Shown: piece after piece, positions 36,511 to 49,254 of the stretch
Layout: each line of letters starts with the position of its first letter
Position numbering within the stretch: the stretch's first letter is position 1
Assembly (NCBI GenBank): GCA_038496445.1
Contig: JALMLS010000353.1
Location: 1-64,000, forward strand
Length of the DNA: 64,000 nt
Direction: 5' to 3'
Origin: Trichosphaerium sp. ATCC 40318
Taxonomy: Eukaryota; Protista; Tubulinea
Position numbers and translations under genes: made by a program
Notes under the pieces: generated by a model
What the model was told of the DNA's origin: nothing
Databases searched by the model: none
Seen by the model: the letters and a program-made list of their open reading frames with translations, nothing else

Positions 36511-39268
36511 CTATGGTACTACACAGTAACATTCTTCTCCTCTGTATGTGACTCGTATAGTCTGTCCTGGGTATGTTACAAAACAATACCAACCACGTGC
36601 ACCACAAGTGTAGTCTATTCCATTATTGTGTTGTACGCAAACATCAGTTTCGCAGCTACAGTTAAAATCTTAGTAATGAATGGCAGAAAAACAATTCCAT
36701 GAGACGTACATGCAAGTACCATTCATTATTTTTGGGAATATACAAACACGTTCTTGGCTCATTGTCTAGATAATGATGAGTACACGGATGATATTGCTGA
36801 TAGGACGAGAAGAAGACATACAGGTGCTACAGTCGGAGGGTTTGTAGCAGGAGGAATGGTAGGTGCAAACGTTGGTGGAAGAGTTGGCGGTGCCATTGTT
36901 GTAGGAGGGTTTGTAGGAGGGAGTGTAGGTGGGTTTGTAGGTGGGAGTGTAGGTGGGTTTGTAGGTGGGTTTGTAGGCGGGTTTGTAGGTGGGAGTGTAG
37001 GTGGGAGTGTAGGTGGGTTTGTAGGCGGGTTTGTAGGAGCAAGTGTTGTTGGTGAAAGAGTTGTGGGTGGAATTGATGGAGGCATAGTTGGAGGTTGCGT
37101 TGGGGACATTGTTGGTGGGAATATAGTTGGCGCTAGTGTTGTAGGAGCGAGTGTCGTTGGAGGTAGAGTTGTTGGATGAACTGTTGGTGCCATTGTTGTA
37201 GGTGGGTTAGTTGTAGGTTGGAGAGTAGGTGGAAGTGTTGGAGGGTTTGTAGGAGGGTTAGTAGGAGGAATCGTTGTTGGTGGCATTGTTGTTGGTGCCC
37301 TTGTAGTTGGTGGGTTTGTTGTTGGCGCCAGTGTTGGTGGGTTGGTAGTAGGTGCTCTAGTAGTAGGCTGTAAAGTCGTAGGAGGTAACGTTGTTGGCGG
37401 TCTCGTTGTGGGTGGATTTGTAGTTGGCGCAAGTGTTGTTGGTGATAACGTCGTTGGAGCTAACGTTGTTGGTGCCATTGTTGTTGGTGGGTTTGTAGTC
37501 GGTGCCAGTGTTGTTGGTGGTCTTGTGGTTGGAGCTCTCGTTGTTGGAGGTAAGGTTGTAGGTGCCATTGTTGTTGGAGGTAAGGTTGTAGGTGGTAAGG
37601 TTGTAGGTGGAAGTGTAGTCGGAGGTTGCGTTGTCGGAGGCGTTGTTGTAGGCGGTAGTGTAGTTGGCGCTAGAGTTGTTGGTGGCAACGTTGTTGGTGG
37701 ATTGGTAGTTGGCGGTTCTGTAGTCGGAGGCGCTGTCGTTGGTGGTGATGTTGTAGGAGATGTTGTGGTAGGAGGTAGTGTTGTTGGTGGTAATTGTATA
37801 GTCAAATTAGAAGGTATAGGAGGCATACAGAAACTATCGTCATTCGCTGCAACACTAAAAACCAGAAAGTTAGTTTCGCTTTTTTTTTTGTAGTTTTTTT
37901 TCAACTTTTGTTGCGATTGAAAAGTACTTGCCGGTTGATGTTCTCATTAGATTTGAACATTGCTCCTGTATTAAATACTGTTACATCTGCCCACAAATCA
38001 CCTGTTTCTCCAACACCTACTATATCGACCATGTAAGAGCACCCCTACGTAACACGTGTTAGTAAAAAAATTATCGTTTCTTGACAAGTCGTACAATACG
38101 TTCTTGTTCGTCTAAAGTGGCGTTCACTCTGAATACGTTGTCGGCTATCAAATGAGGCTCCGCTGGTCTTATTACGTTAAAGGAACCGTTTGTTATCTGG
38201 CACAAGCCACTATTAGGAATAATCTCGCCAATGCTCGGAGGGAATGGGAACGCAATGTTAATTGGTTCAGTGGTAGCTGGAACGCTATCAAAGTTTTCAC
38301 AAAAAATCATAACACCAATCATTGAACCTTTGTTTTTTTCGAATTGTTAGTACTCGGAAGGCTCAAGAGGGTTATTTAATGACTCACCTATTGATAAAAA
38401 TCTATTACCAAGAGTATCGATCACGTGCCAACATGAGATACGCGGTGAAGCGCATGTGAACGATATTTCAATATCCAAACTTGGTACGTTTGCAGAAGCA
38501 AGTTCAAGCTCTAAGCCTGTTATACCATCATAGCTTTCACCGCCCAAGAAAGGTAGACACAGGTAAACACCAGCACTTCGTCGAACTTCAACAAAAAGTT
38601 GAAGTGTAGAGCATAGACTTCTGCCTCCAGTTATACCACATACTGAGATATCAGCTTCTTTATCAGCTTCTATTATCTTTACCATCCAGCAATCTGTTAA
38701 CAAAAAAATTTGATTAGATCAACAAAGCGAACAAGCTACAGTCGCATTTTCTCAAACTACTACCCCCATCCCATGGAAAGCTCTTGCGCGCCTTGCCTTG
38801 TTGCTTGCAACCGTTGTTTCGCAGGAAGGGGATAGGAAAAGTTTTTCTCAACAATTTAGCACGTGCTACGTTTAGTTTTTTTTGGGTTGAGCGAAAAAGC
38901 TACTTACCTGCACCATTTGCTGTATAATTTTGTGGCGTAAAAGGACCATACGATACTGTACAACGACCATGAAGACCAGTATCGGAGTTCAAAGAGAAAC
39001 TAGCAATATCGCCTTCTCCTGTTGGTGTAATAATACAAGTTACTGCTTTAGCATTTGAACCACTCATTTTCTCTGCTTCAAGCGTTCTTTGAGGGCCTAT
39101 AAAGGATCCATCTGCTGGAATAATATCACTCTCCGGGACGCCTATAATGCTCGTAGATACGCGTTGTGGTGTTGTAAATCTGTCAATTACAGCAGAGTTT
39201 GTTATTTGTCCCGCAATTAAAGATACGAATAAGGTAAAGATAAAACTGCACGTGATAGCTCTGGTCAT
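36511..39268 (-). CDS. Secreted modular protein A: signal peptide, Cys-containing beta-rich domains, long PTT mucin-like stalk, C-terminal six-Cys domain
   Basis: ORFs 38900-39268, 38347-38703, 38071-38322 and 36759-37904 plus terminal exons VCIFPKIMNGTC / CETDVCVQHNNGIDYTCGARGWYCF..TIRVTYRGEECYCVVP*; collinear with the paralog at 40753-42907. Confidence 0.82.
36820..37795 (-). repeat. Pro/Thr-rich low-complexity coding repeat (PTTxP / PTNP units of 12-15 bp)
   Basis: About 320 codons of PTT(L/M/N/R)(P/A) and PT(N/L)P units. Confidence 0.92.
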
Positions 39269-39718
39269 TGTTTCTTTTTCTTGTAGAGTTAATTAGATAT
39301 CAACTCACCTTAAAAACAAATAATCGGAAGTACTGCGTTGGTCACGCGCCTTCTTTATACGTGTAAAATGTACGTAAACATTTAATTTACTCTTCATCTC
39401 CATTTCATCTCCGGCGGATTGATAACGTACTCCATAATAATGGCTACACGGTAAAGCGACACTAGTTTTCTATTTTTCTGAAATACTGACAAAACGGGTC
39501 ACTGTCACATGACTATGCAATGAGCCAGCAAGCTATATGGGGATAAGGCACCACCAAAAAATTAGGGCAAAACAAAGTTCAAATCCGCGGGAAGGTAAGG
39601 TAAACACATTCTTGCACTCATTCTACAGAGCATGGTTTAGCTCGTAGGTCTAAAATGCTACCTGGCGCAGCTATATTAGGATATTTTACTGCAAAGTCAA
39701 AGTGTATCCAAAACAACG

Positions 39719-40630
39719 ATGCAAGAGGACTCAAAGAACGGCTTAGTGTTTGACTTGGATCCTATACTTAAACTAGGACCACCTGAGAGTATTTTTGGAC
39801 TTCCTACTGTACAAAAGCTCCCAACGAGTACAGCAGAGCCTGATTGTATAAGAGAAGGCGTTCAGACATCGTTTACATGGAAAAATGCCGTTAATGTTTC
39901 ACCAATTTCAACAACACCTGCAAAAAGGCACGTGCGGTTAAAGGGTGCGTAGGGTAAATAGATAAACGGTTAAATAAGTTCACAAGCAGGTATGTACCGT
40001 AACGAAGTGCTATTATCCCTAGATGACGAGTATAAAGAATATAGAGAATATGTTGAGTACTATGATGAAAAAACAATGATTATATCATTTAGTGATGCTG
40101 ATAAAGCTGAAAAGATAGCCCTATTATGGGCGAGCAACCTTTTGAATATCGAAACGACACCAGCACGTGATTTACTTATTTTTTAACAAGTCACTTCTCA
40201 TTCAATACAATAGCCCACTAGGAAACTGAGAGTATTTCATACAAAAGATGACGTAAAGGCTTATGAAGTTGGAGAGTATTTGAGACCGTATGGGTGTAAC
40301 AGAGAGCCTATTATTATCCATCATAAAGTATACGGCAAGGGTTTTTTGGTAACTTTCAATACAGAAAGAGAAGCTACAGATGCTTTTTACCTGTTAAACG
40401 ATAAATGTCATGCGTTCAACAACAAGTCTTATGCTTGCCCTTGTAAGGATGCAAGTTTCTGTTTATGTCCTCCTCAGCGCCGTATCAATCCTCATTTGAT
40501 TGTAGTGTATGGGTATCAGAATAATAGAAAAAGATATAGGACTTATATCCAAAGACCTAGAAACAATAATAGAAATAAACGACAACATGTTCAGCGTAGG
40601 CGCAATGGATTTAAAAGATATAATCAGTAA
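39719..40630 (+). CDS. Hypothetical protein with degenerate RRM-like folds and Arg/Asn-rich tail, spliced
   Basis: Exons HVRLKG..MIISFSDADKAEK and PTRKLRVF..LRPYG..GFLVTFNTEREATDAFYLLN resemble RRM topology; may start upstream near 39537. Confidence 0.5.
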
Positions 40631-40752
40631 TAAATAGAGTTTTATGTATTAAAAATTTCTGGTTTTATTTGTGCGACACGTGTAAGATGCACTAGGAACG
40701 TTGTTTGGGTTTTTTTTTTTTTCACCCATTGTTCTTTTACTTTTTTTTTGTT

Positions 40753-42907
40753 TTAAATAGTACAATAGCATTCTTGACCTCTATATGTTACTCGTATAGT
40801 ACGTCCAGTAGCTGTAATAAAACAATACCATCCACGTGCGCCACATTGGTAATCTACATTATTGGGATGCTTCACGCAAATGTCTGTTTCGCATCTAAAA
40901 AGCAATCAGTGAAAAAACCGGTTTAAAAAACAATGTCTGCGCAAACACAAAACGGAACGTACATACATTGCCCATTCATTATCTTGGGAGACACACAAAC
41001 CTTGTTCCTCTAAATAGAAACTATTAAAAATCTCGGCTTTTAACACAAATTATTAAACGTACAACAGGAACAGGTGGTGACGTTGGTGCTAGTGTTGGTG
41101 GATTTGTTGTCGGCGCATTTGTTGCTGGCGTTAAGGTTGGTGGTAGTGTGGTTGGTACCAGTGTCGTGGGAGATAATGTAGTTGGGGGTGCCGTTGGTGG
41201 TGGTGTTGTTGGTGAAAGAGTAGTTGGTGGAAGAGTAGTTGGTTGTAGCGTTGTAGGAGCTACAGTTGGTGGATTTGTTGTGGGTGCATTTGTTGTTGGT
41301 GGTAGAGTAGTTGGTGGAGGGTTTGTAGGTGGTATTGTTGTAGGTGGTAATGTACTCGGAGGAGAGGTACTTGGTGAACTTTGTACGAATATTACAGCAG
41401 GATCTGGAGGGTTGCAGAACTCTTCGTTTAATAAAACACTTAAGTAGATATGTGATAAGTTTGAAGCCAATTAAGACGTTATGTACCGATTGGCCCCATT
41501 ATGGGAGTTAAGAGTCAATCCAGAACTTTGCACGTTTACATCTGCCCATAAATTGCCAGACGAACCACCTCCTGTCAATGAAACCAAAAACGAACAACCC
41601 TAATGCAAGTAAGGATTGATATAATCTTTTGTTTCTTTAAAATTACAATCTCGTACTATTCTTTCGCCTTCAGGTAGAGATATATCATTCACGACAAAAG
41701 TATTATTTTCTATAAAAGCCTATTTTGGTTAAAAAAAGGACGGAGTGGTTGTACGTAAGATGGAAAAGAAATTAATTAATTCCAAAGTAAATTAAAAAAC
41801 TAGAACAAAACCTACGTACATTTGAAAAAGGATCACATATGACACTGTCGGTCATTATACTTCCGGTAGTTACGGGAAAATCAAATCTTATATCAACCAC
41901 TTCTGTTGTTGATGGAAGAGACTCATAATTCTCACAAAAAACCATAACACCAATAAGGTTTCCTATTTCATTTTTGGTTAATTACGGAAACAAAGCAGTT
42001 TTTTCTTTTTGAATTTTGAACTCATGCTTACCGACATTGAGTCCTTCATTTCCCATGGTGTCTATTATATGCCAACAAGATACACGAGGTGTGAAACAAA
42101 TGTAATTTATATTTATATCCAAGTTAGCTTGCTCTCCTTCTAACGTAACTTCAAGATTTGTTATGGCCGTATATTCCGATAAAGCGCCAACAAACGGTAT
42201 ACATATATCAACGCCAGGACTATCTGGAGTTATTCTAACAATCCGAACAGGTATAAGGAAAGTAGAACAAAGAGGAGCTCCACCATCTGAAGAAGCACAA
42301 ATAGTAATTCGACCTCTGTTGTCAGATTCTAAAATTTTTACTAGCCAACAATCTAACGCGTTAAAAACATTAGTCCATATCACGTGATTACCTCATACAC
42401 AAAAAAGGTTTGGTCACGTGATCGTTTTTCTAAATCTTGCCTTTAAAACAAAAAAAAATATGATTCAGATGTGAAACATGTTATGACCATATTAATCACG
42501 TGCGTTTTTGAAATAAGGCAAAAAATTATTTGGTTTTTTGACGTACTTGCGCCTAAAAAAGTAAAGTCGAATGCGTCGAAAGGTCCATAGTTTGCTATAC
42601 AAGTGCCAAGTACGCCAACATTTGCACTATGAGAAAAACTTCCAACAGTGTTTAATCCAGGGTTAACTATAGCACACGTTATGCCTAGGCTCCCTTGAGT
42701 GACCTCCGCTGATAAATTTCTATTTAGTCCTATAAACGACCCATCTGTATCAATTGAACTCATGACAACCTCCCCAGGGTTCATTGCGCTTATTGTTTGA
42801 GGTACTCTTGTAAATAAATCTATACCGGGTGGTATTGACGCTCGTGCATGTACGAGCGACAATAATACAGCCGCATAAGTTATTATCAACAGAGCGGCGC
42901 GATACAT
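40753..42907 (-). CDS. Secreted modular protein B, paralog of 36511-39268 with shorter PT stalk
   Basis: Shared DGSFIGxxRxL, DCWxVKI, PRxSCWHxIDTxGN, IGVMxFCEN, LWADV and FCxPP motifs and C-terminal CETDICV..CGARGWYCF..TIRVTYRGQECYC; at least one intron sits at the same codon. Confidence 0.82.
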
Positions 42908-43572
42908 GATTGGGTGCCTGAAAAACAATGAAAAATGTGAAAAACGAGCTCGTTTTGTATTGAAAAACACTGATAGAATCAAACACGTGCTTCTTGATTT
43001 GCGCTTGCTTTATAGCAATTCTACACCCACAAAAATCTCGTTAAGATACAAAGTACTGCTAGAAAAGTAGCTGATGTTCCTTATTCTCTATCAACCGATA
43101 TTTATCAACGTGTTAGTTACCATAAAACGAAAAAAGACTAGTCATTGTGTGTTTTTATCGGCGTTTACACCGGAGTCACACAATCTCGGTTGTTCACTCT
43201 GTACTTTTCTGTTGTACTCCAATACAATAACAACTTTATAATGCGAAATGTAAGTCTCACAAAGCTTGAAGCCTTTGTACCAAACTCTCGCTTTCATTTG
43301 ATATGTTAAAGCAACAGCTATTAACGTTGATGATAAGTAAAACAACGCGATTTTATCATCTGTATCTGGAATAAACTTAAGCTTAATGTCACGAGGCAAA
43401 TTATTGTACCATCATCTGGTGGCATCTAAAGCCAAGCCAATCACGCCTTGAACATTGAAAGTTTTTTGACAGTGTCGTAGTCTTCTACAATTATGTTTCA
43501 AAGTTCACAACACGCTCATTTCTTGTCCACAGCTCAAGTGTAGCATCAAAATGTTTGGTTTTATTGTTCGTT

Positions 43573-44665
43573 TTAAGACATTGGAATCATCACAATTTCT
43601 TTGTATGCTGATCTTTTGGTGAGACGTTCATACCATGCCTCTACATGCGGAAGAGATGGTCTTTTAATATCAATATTAAAATAACGGTGAGCCCATACAC
43701 CAGTTGGTATATCAGCAACAGTGAAGTCGTTCCCAGCTAGAAAGTCACTTTTTTGTTCTGTAAGACAACCTTGAATATCAACAATAAGTAGCTGTATTTG
43801 AACATTACATAGACGTAAGGCTCAAATATAAGTATTAAAGTACCTTCAACAATAGAAAGCATGTCATTAACCTTGTCTGTTAGATTGGTGATGAGAGCTG
43901 GATCCCTAAAATACATTATCTTTTTTTTGTCAAATAGGATAGCGGAAAAAAATCAAACATGTTCGAAACAATTCTAAGTCTGTTCTTAAAAAAGTGAGCC
44001 TTCGATACACTAAAAACGTGCTCTTACAAATCATTGAGATGTATTTCAATTGGTTTGTCGTTCTAGAGTTTGTACTGCTCCAAGGAAAAGATGTCTTTTC
44101 GTATTCTCAAAAATAGTAGAATTTCACATAAAGATTACTTTAAATAGCAAGCGCAGTCTGAGTAGGAGTACCTGTCTTCCTTTGCAACACGAACAAACTG
44201 TTTAAATAAAGGGGACAACGAACTTTGAAACGCGAAATGCCTTGAGAGGATGTGAGTTCAACGTTTTTGTTAAACGAGTGATTGACTTACCAATCCATCC
44301 ACTTTTCTACGTTTGCCGCGTTTTTAGCATCAGTTGGGTACAGCTGTAGAGCCTCTTTCTGATATTTACGAGCCAGATACCGTACAATAGTGTTAGACTC
44401 CCATAACAAGAATCCATCATCGTCTATTGTTGGCACAGTGCCGTTTGGATTCATTGAGAGGTATTTTGGGTTGTCTTTGTTCAGAGCGTTGTTATGACCG
44501 GCGTCTACGCGTTTATAATCTACTTTGAGCTCTTTGAGAACCTTTTTCAGCGTTAACGTCAGTTATCTTTCGTTATGTTAGATTGCTTACCCAAAGTACT
44601 TTATGGACGTTCGCAGAGTTGTTGCGTCCATACACAGTGAGTCCGCTTTTCATAACACGAGACAT
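43573..44665 (-). CDS. Glutathione S-transferase (bacterial GstB/YliJ-like N-terminus), spliced
   Basis: VYGRNNSANVHKVLW, MNPNGTVPTIDDDGFLLWESNTIVRYL, EKWMDW, FLAGNDFTVADIPTG, PHVEAWYERL. Confidence 0.9.
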
Positions 44666-44931
44666 GTGATCAACAATTCTAATGAAAATTCTTGGCACAC
44701 AAGAAAATCCAAAAAAGTCAACGAAATGATGTGTTAGGGATAGAATGGTTCACGTTACAATAGTACATAATATTTAGCGAAAAACTTGACAAACCACGTG
44801 ATCGTTAGTAACAAAACGAGTTTATAAACGTGACACATGCCTGATAACGTACACCTTCTGAAAGTTCGTGGATTTAAGATTCTGTCGCACCACTAGAAGC
44901 AAGGGAAAGAGTGTTTGGTTTTTTTTGCTGT

Positions 44932-47259
44932 TTATGCTTTATTTGTTTTCCACCAGTCATAGTAATTTTTACGATCTGGGTTACCAGGGAACTCAAATAC
45001 TATTTCTATCTCTCTTTTTTCTTGATTCATAAAAGAAGATACTTGATCTGATGTTGTTATTGGTGTATGTTTTCTATCCCAAAGATTTTGAATTTGGTAT
45101 ATTGGAAACTTTTCTTTTTCGTTCTTAAATACTGTCTTGATGTGCTCTCTTAGTTCTGAAATTGTTATAGACTGTTTCAAGTATGTATTCCTCATCCAAA
45201 ACTTACCACGTTCACGCATACGAACCACTAAAGAAAAAAAGGTCAAAAAAAGACTGAAGCTGTTGTGTGGAAAAGAAGGTAGTTGTACATTTCTGTCCTG
45301 GTTTCCTGTTTGTTAAAGCTATTTTATTTGATTGCTGATGTGGACCGCCTATTAATTTTTGTTAGGTGCGAATTTGTAAGGTTGATTACTACGTTTTTTA
45401 TAATTAAGAAGTTTTTACATATTGGATGAAGCCATTACCTTGTAGTTGACCATAAGTCTTTCTATACAAGTCTCCTACACGAATGCAAAGTCTACAATTT
45501 GAATGAACGATCGCTATATCGACAATTGCCAAGAAAGACTTTGAGACACCTAATTGTTTTTAGAAACAGCCAAATATTAGCACTTTTAACAATATTATTA
45601 GACACTAACTTTTATACCTTCATTCTTCCAAGTCAAGTATTCATTATACTTAGCATCGTCTTTATCAAGCATCAATAAAAATTTTGCCATCTCTTGCGGT
45701 GAAGAGAAGTCATCAGCCCAAATTGTCGATTTTGGTGCAATCGAGAATTTTTTTGCGTTTGGTGCTCCTTTGTAAATAGGTATTGATCCAGCCTAACATC
45801 TTTAAGCATGTACCTTAGGTTAAATCTAAATATACACAGTAAGGACCGAATAATTTTTCAGTAACATAGTCATCAGTTTCACTATTCTCAAAGGCGAAAG
45901 TGAACTTATAAGTTTGGATTAAATCTTCCTTTTTCTGTTGCCAACTTGGACCTACAGGAAATTAAAGCTTTGTGTTCAAATTTACTGCAAGCACATAACC
46001 AACTAATTATTCACACCAACTACAAACTAAATACTAAAACCAATCTGGATTGAAAGGTAAACCAAGTCAGTAAAGATAGTGCGTGTAATTGTTGTGAATA
46101 TTGACTGGCGGTCAGCAGCTTTCTTTTGAATTTAGTTCTGTACCATGTCTACCAGCACCAGGCATATCAAAATTATGCATACAACGTCCATATGAATGTA
46201 CTGTAACACCTGCATCCATCAACTCTCTCAAGTATTTCAACCTTTTGAAGTCAATCTCTATTTAAAAAGAGTAGCATTGCTGTACCTGTATCTAGGTCCG
46301 CAATTGCTAATAAACGCAGCAACCATTGCAGTAGCAGTCTTGTTTTTAGGGCGCCTCATAAAATTATATTCTTCATAGCTTGGATATAGCATAGGTAGGT
46401 CTGAAGATAGCTCTGTAGTTCCTTGAATATTAACATTACTATCCTACAAAGAAGAAATAAACATCATATTCTCCGTTTTGTCATACCTCTTGATACGGTC
46501 TGTTCTCCATTGTAAACTGAAAAGAAAAAGGACAACCTATTGTCGTTGATCTGGACATACTGTTCGAAGCATCAACGCCTAGTCTAGTATCACCAAAACT
46601 AATTCCTGTATACAATTAATAGAACAATATAAAACGAAAGATTACCTTGGCATGGTACATCACAACCTCCGTATGCTTCACCTTTAAACCAACCTATACT
46701 ACTTAAAATGGAATAACGTTTTTTAAAGCAAAAATACCTGAAACAGCAAATGGGTATTCATCCATGTTTCTATTTTCAGGGTAACATTTTGGCCTTTCAG
46801 CTAACAACCCTGAAAACTCTGAGTGAATCATTGTGTCATCCTCTTCTACTTCTTCTGAATCTCTCTCGATTTCTTCGTTATTTAAACCAGAAGAATCTTC
46901 TGTTCCAACAGGGTCAGGATGTATCTTACGAACAGCTTCCGCTTCTTCCTTCAAAAAAAGTTTTTAATTAAAATTCCAATGTTTTCAATCGTCACGTGAT
47001 TTTTTACATTCTACGCAACAACTATTCCGTATAGTACTTACCTTATTTTCATTGTCTATGCGGTTAATTTCATCCATTAATCTCTGCTCTTTTAATTTCT
47101 GATCTATATGATGTGCCCTTGATACAAACAAGAGGAATAAACAAGATGACACTGCCATGACTTTGAAGAAACGTTAAAAGAAAAAAAAGGGGTGAAAGCT
47201 TGGTTCTGTGAGTACTTACGTATAAAAAACATCGTTATTAATGTAGTACTACGTTTCAT
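44932..47259 (-). CDS. GT10 alpha-1,3-fucosyltransferase, plant core-FucT-like C-terminus, spliced
   Basis: Type II anchor; AAFISNCGPR, VHSYGRC, YKFTFAFENSETDDYVTEKLF, GSIPIYKGAPN, VRMRERGKF. Confidence 0.9.
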
Positions 47260-47331
47260 GGCTGTAACTACTGTAGTTTTACAGGTTTCGTTAAGTCTGG
47301 GAGGTGAATAAGTTGTGCGCTTACAAAAAGG

Positions 47332-48723
47332 ATGAAACTATCAAAGAAGAAGACGTCTGCAGACCGAGAGCAACTAGTTGTACCTGTTGTACCTGCTGAA
47401 GAAACAAGCGGTTGGAACGATGCTTGGGACGACGACGATGATGATTTCTCTCTACCAGATATAGAAAACAATAACCACGCTAATGGCGGGTCGTATGATG
47501 ATAATGTCGTCACTTTACAGACAACAGACAGTATTGGAATAAGTGCAAAAGAACTCGCTGCAGAAGGTATCTATAGAGCGTTTAACATACTCATAGTGTC
47601 TTACGCTTTGTTTTAGCGACAAGAAATTCTCAAGGCGCTAAGATGAAGCCACCTATGCCTACAGTACAAATAGGTGATCAACAGGTACAGTTTCTATTGT
47701 TTTGGGGTTTTAAACTCGTTTATTTATTATTATTTAATTTAAAATATCCGTGACGCTCACAAATAGCTTATAAATCAACGAATAAGCAATAGATTCTTTT
47801 TTCAAACGTATTTATTTCACATTCCCAAAAACTCGATATTTCTACGTTGACAATTCTTTATACGTTCTAAGCATTCTAAATAGGTGATTACAGGACCCAC
47901 AACTCAGAGTTCGTACAGGATGGTGAAAAGAGATGCGAAGACTCTCAAAATAATGTGTATCATATACCTCGTACGTCAGGATACGGTTTTATTGGTTTTG
48001 ACAAGCAACCTTATTGAAACGACATCTTTTTATCAAAAACGCGTTTACGTTCATCAAACGAGCGTTGCTAACGCCATGCTCAAACGACGACGCAAGAAAA
48101 ATCCCTTTCACCTTTTGTCAGCTGGTGTCAAAGTGGGAAACAATTGAAAATTTTTTATCGCTTTAGTTTCAATTCATTTTGGCTTTTATACGCTTGTTTT
48201 CTCACTGTACGTTGTAGCTTGTATCAATAGTGTCAATTGTAATGTCACGTGCATGGATGGCAACTGGTATTTTAGTTGCTTTAGTTGGATGGGTTGCAGC
48301 ATCAAAAAGAATAGGTTTTCTTTTCCTTGTTGTACGAAATTTTCCATTTCAGTACAATGCTTTTTATTGACCCTCCTCTGCTAGCTTATTGGCTCTCAGT
48401 TTATAGATATTATTGTACAAGGTGGATTCGCTACATTCAGAGATAATAATGACCCCATTGTTCTCGTAGCTGATATTGCAGTTGTTTTAGTCAAGGCATG
48501 ATAATTTTGAGGTGTTTCGAGGTTTTTTTCTAATGTGGTGTTTAGGTTTGTTTTGGATACTTTGCTTACAAGCTATACGAAAGTATACCTAAAGATGAAG
48601 ATGGATCATTTAAGAGGATGTTAGAATCAGGCACGTGATAGATTTTGCACAACAAAACGATGTGGTGTTTGTTTATTAATATTTTTATTTGTAGAAACAT
48701 TAATGCAAACTTGGGGTCTTTAA
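47332..48723 (+). CDS. Hypothetical multi-pass membrane protein, spliced
   Basis: Acidic N-terminal ORF followed by small exons with hydrophobic segments; ends at TGA 48638, or at 48723 if a GC-AG intron is used. Confidence 0.5.
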
Positions 48724-49041
48724 GATTGTTCGATGTCACTCACTATCAGCTTGTCGAAATCAATATTGATACTAGCCCATATTTTTTTTAAGCCCATGTG
48801 CAGAGGCTACCTATTGCTAATTTGACAATTGTGATGGCGTTTTTTTCGTTGCCCTTTTTTGGATATTGCAGCAGTACACCAATATCCAAAATCTTGTAAA
48901 GTTGTACCTAATAAAAAAGAAGAAAAACCGCTCTCAGAGTTTTTTACCGTTTCCTGCAAGTTAAGACACAGTATACTTCTTCCTTTCCATTATGTTGAAT
49001 CATTGTTAAAATTATCCCTTGTATTGTAAAACGAAACCCAA

Positions 49042-49221
49042 ATGTCAAATTTTGTCAAAAAAGTCAAAAATTCGCCACACTAATTATCCTATATTATGCC
49101 ATAGGAACTATTTAGAAAGCCCCCCTTTTAGGGGGTTTGAAGAGGCAGAGCCTAGCGGCGACTGAGCGCCATAACCCAGTTTTCTCCCTTTGTGGCGAAC
49201 AGTTCAATATCACTTTGACAT
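49042..49221. other. GC-rich multi-hairpin element bounded by inverted repeats (candidate ncRNA or MITE)
   Basis: ttcgccaca 49071-79 / tgtggcgaa 49191-99 and atgtcaaa / tttgacat flank four internal hairpins. Confidence 0.4.
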
Positions 49222-49254
49222 AACCCATTTTTCGTAGGCTTTATTGTATTTACA

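Noticed and set aside
36754-37893. Plus-strand VVGG-rich ORFs (also 41148-41447)
   Set aside because: Antisense shadows of the PTT repeats.
48496-48545. Additional GC donor (AAG|gcatga)
   Set aside because: An in-frame GT donor six bases upstream explains the junction equally well.
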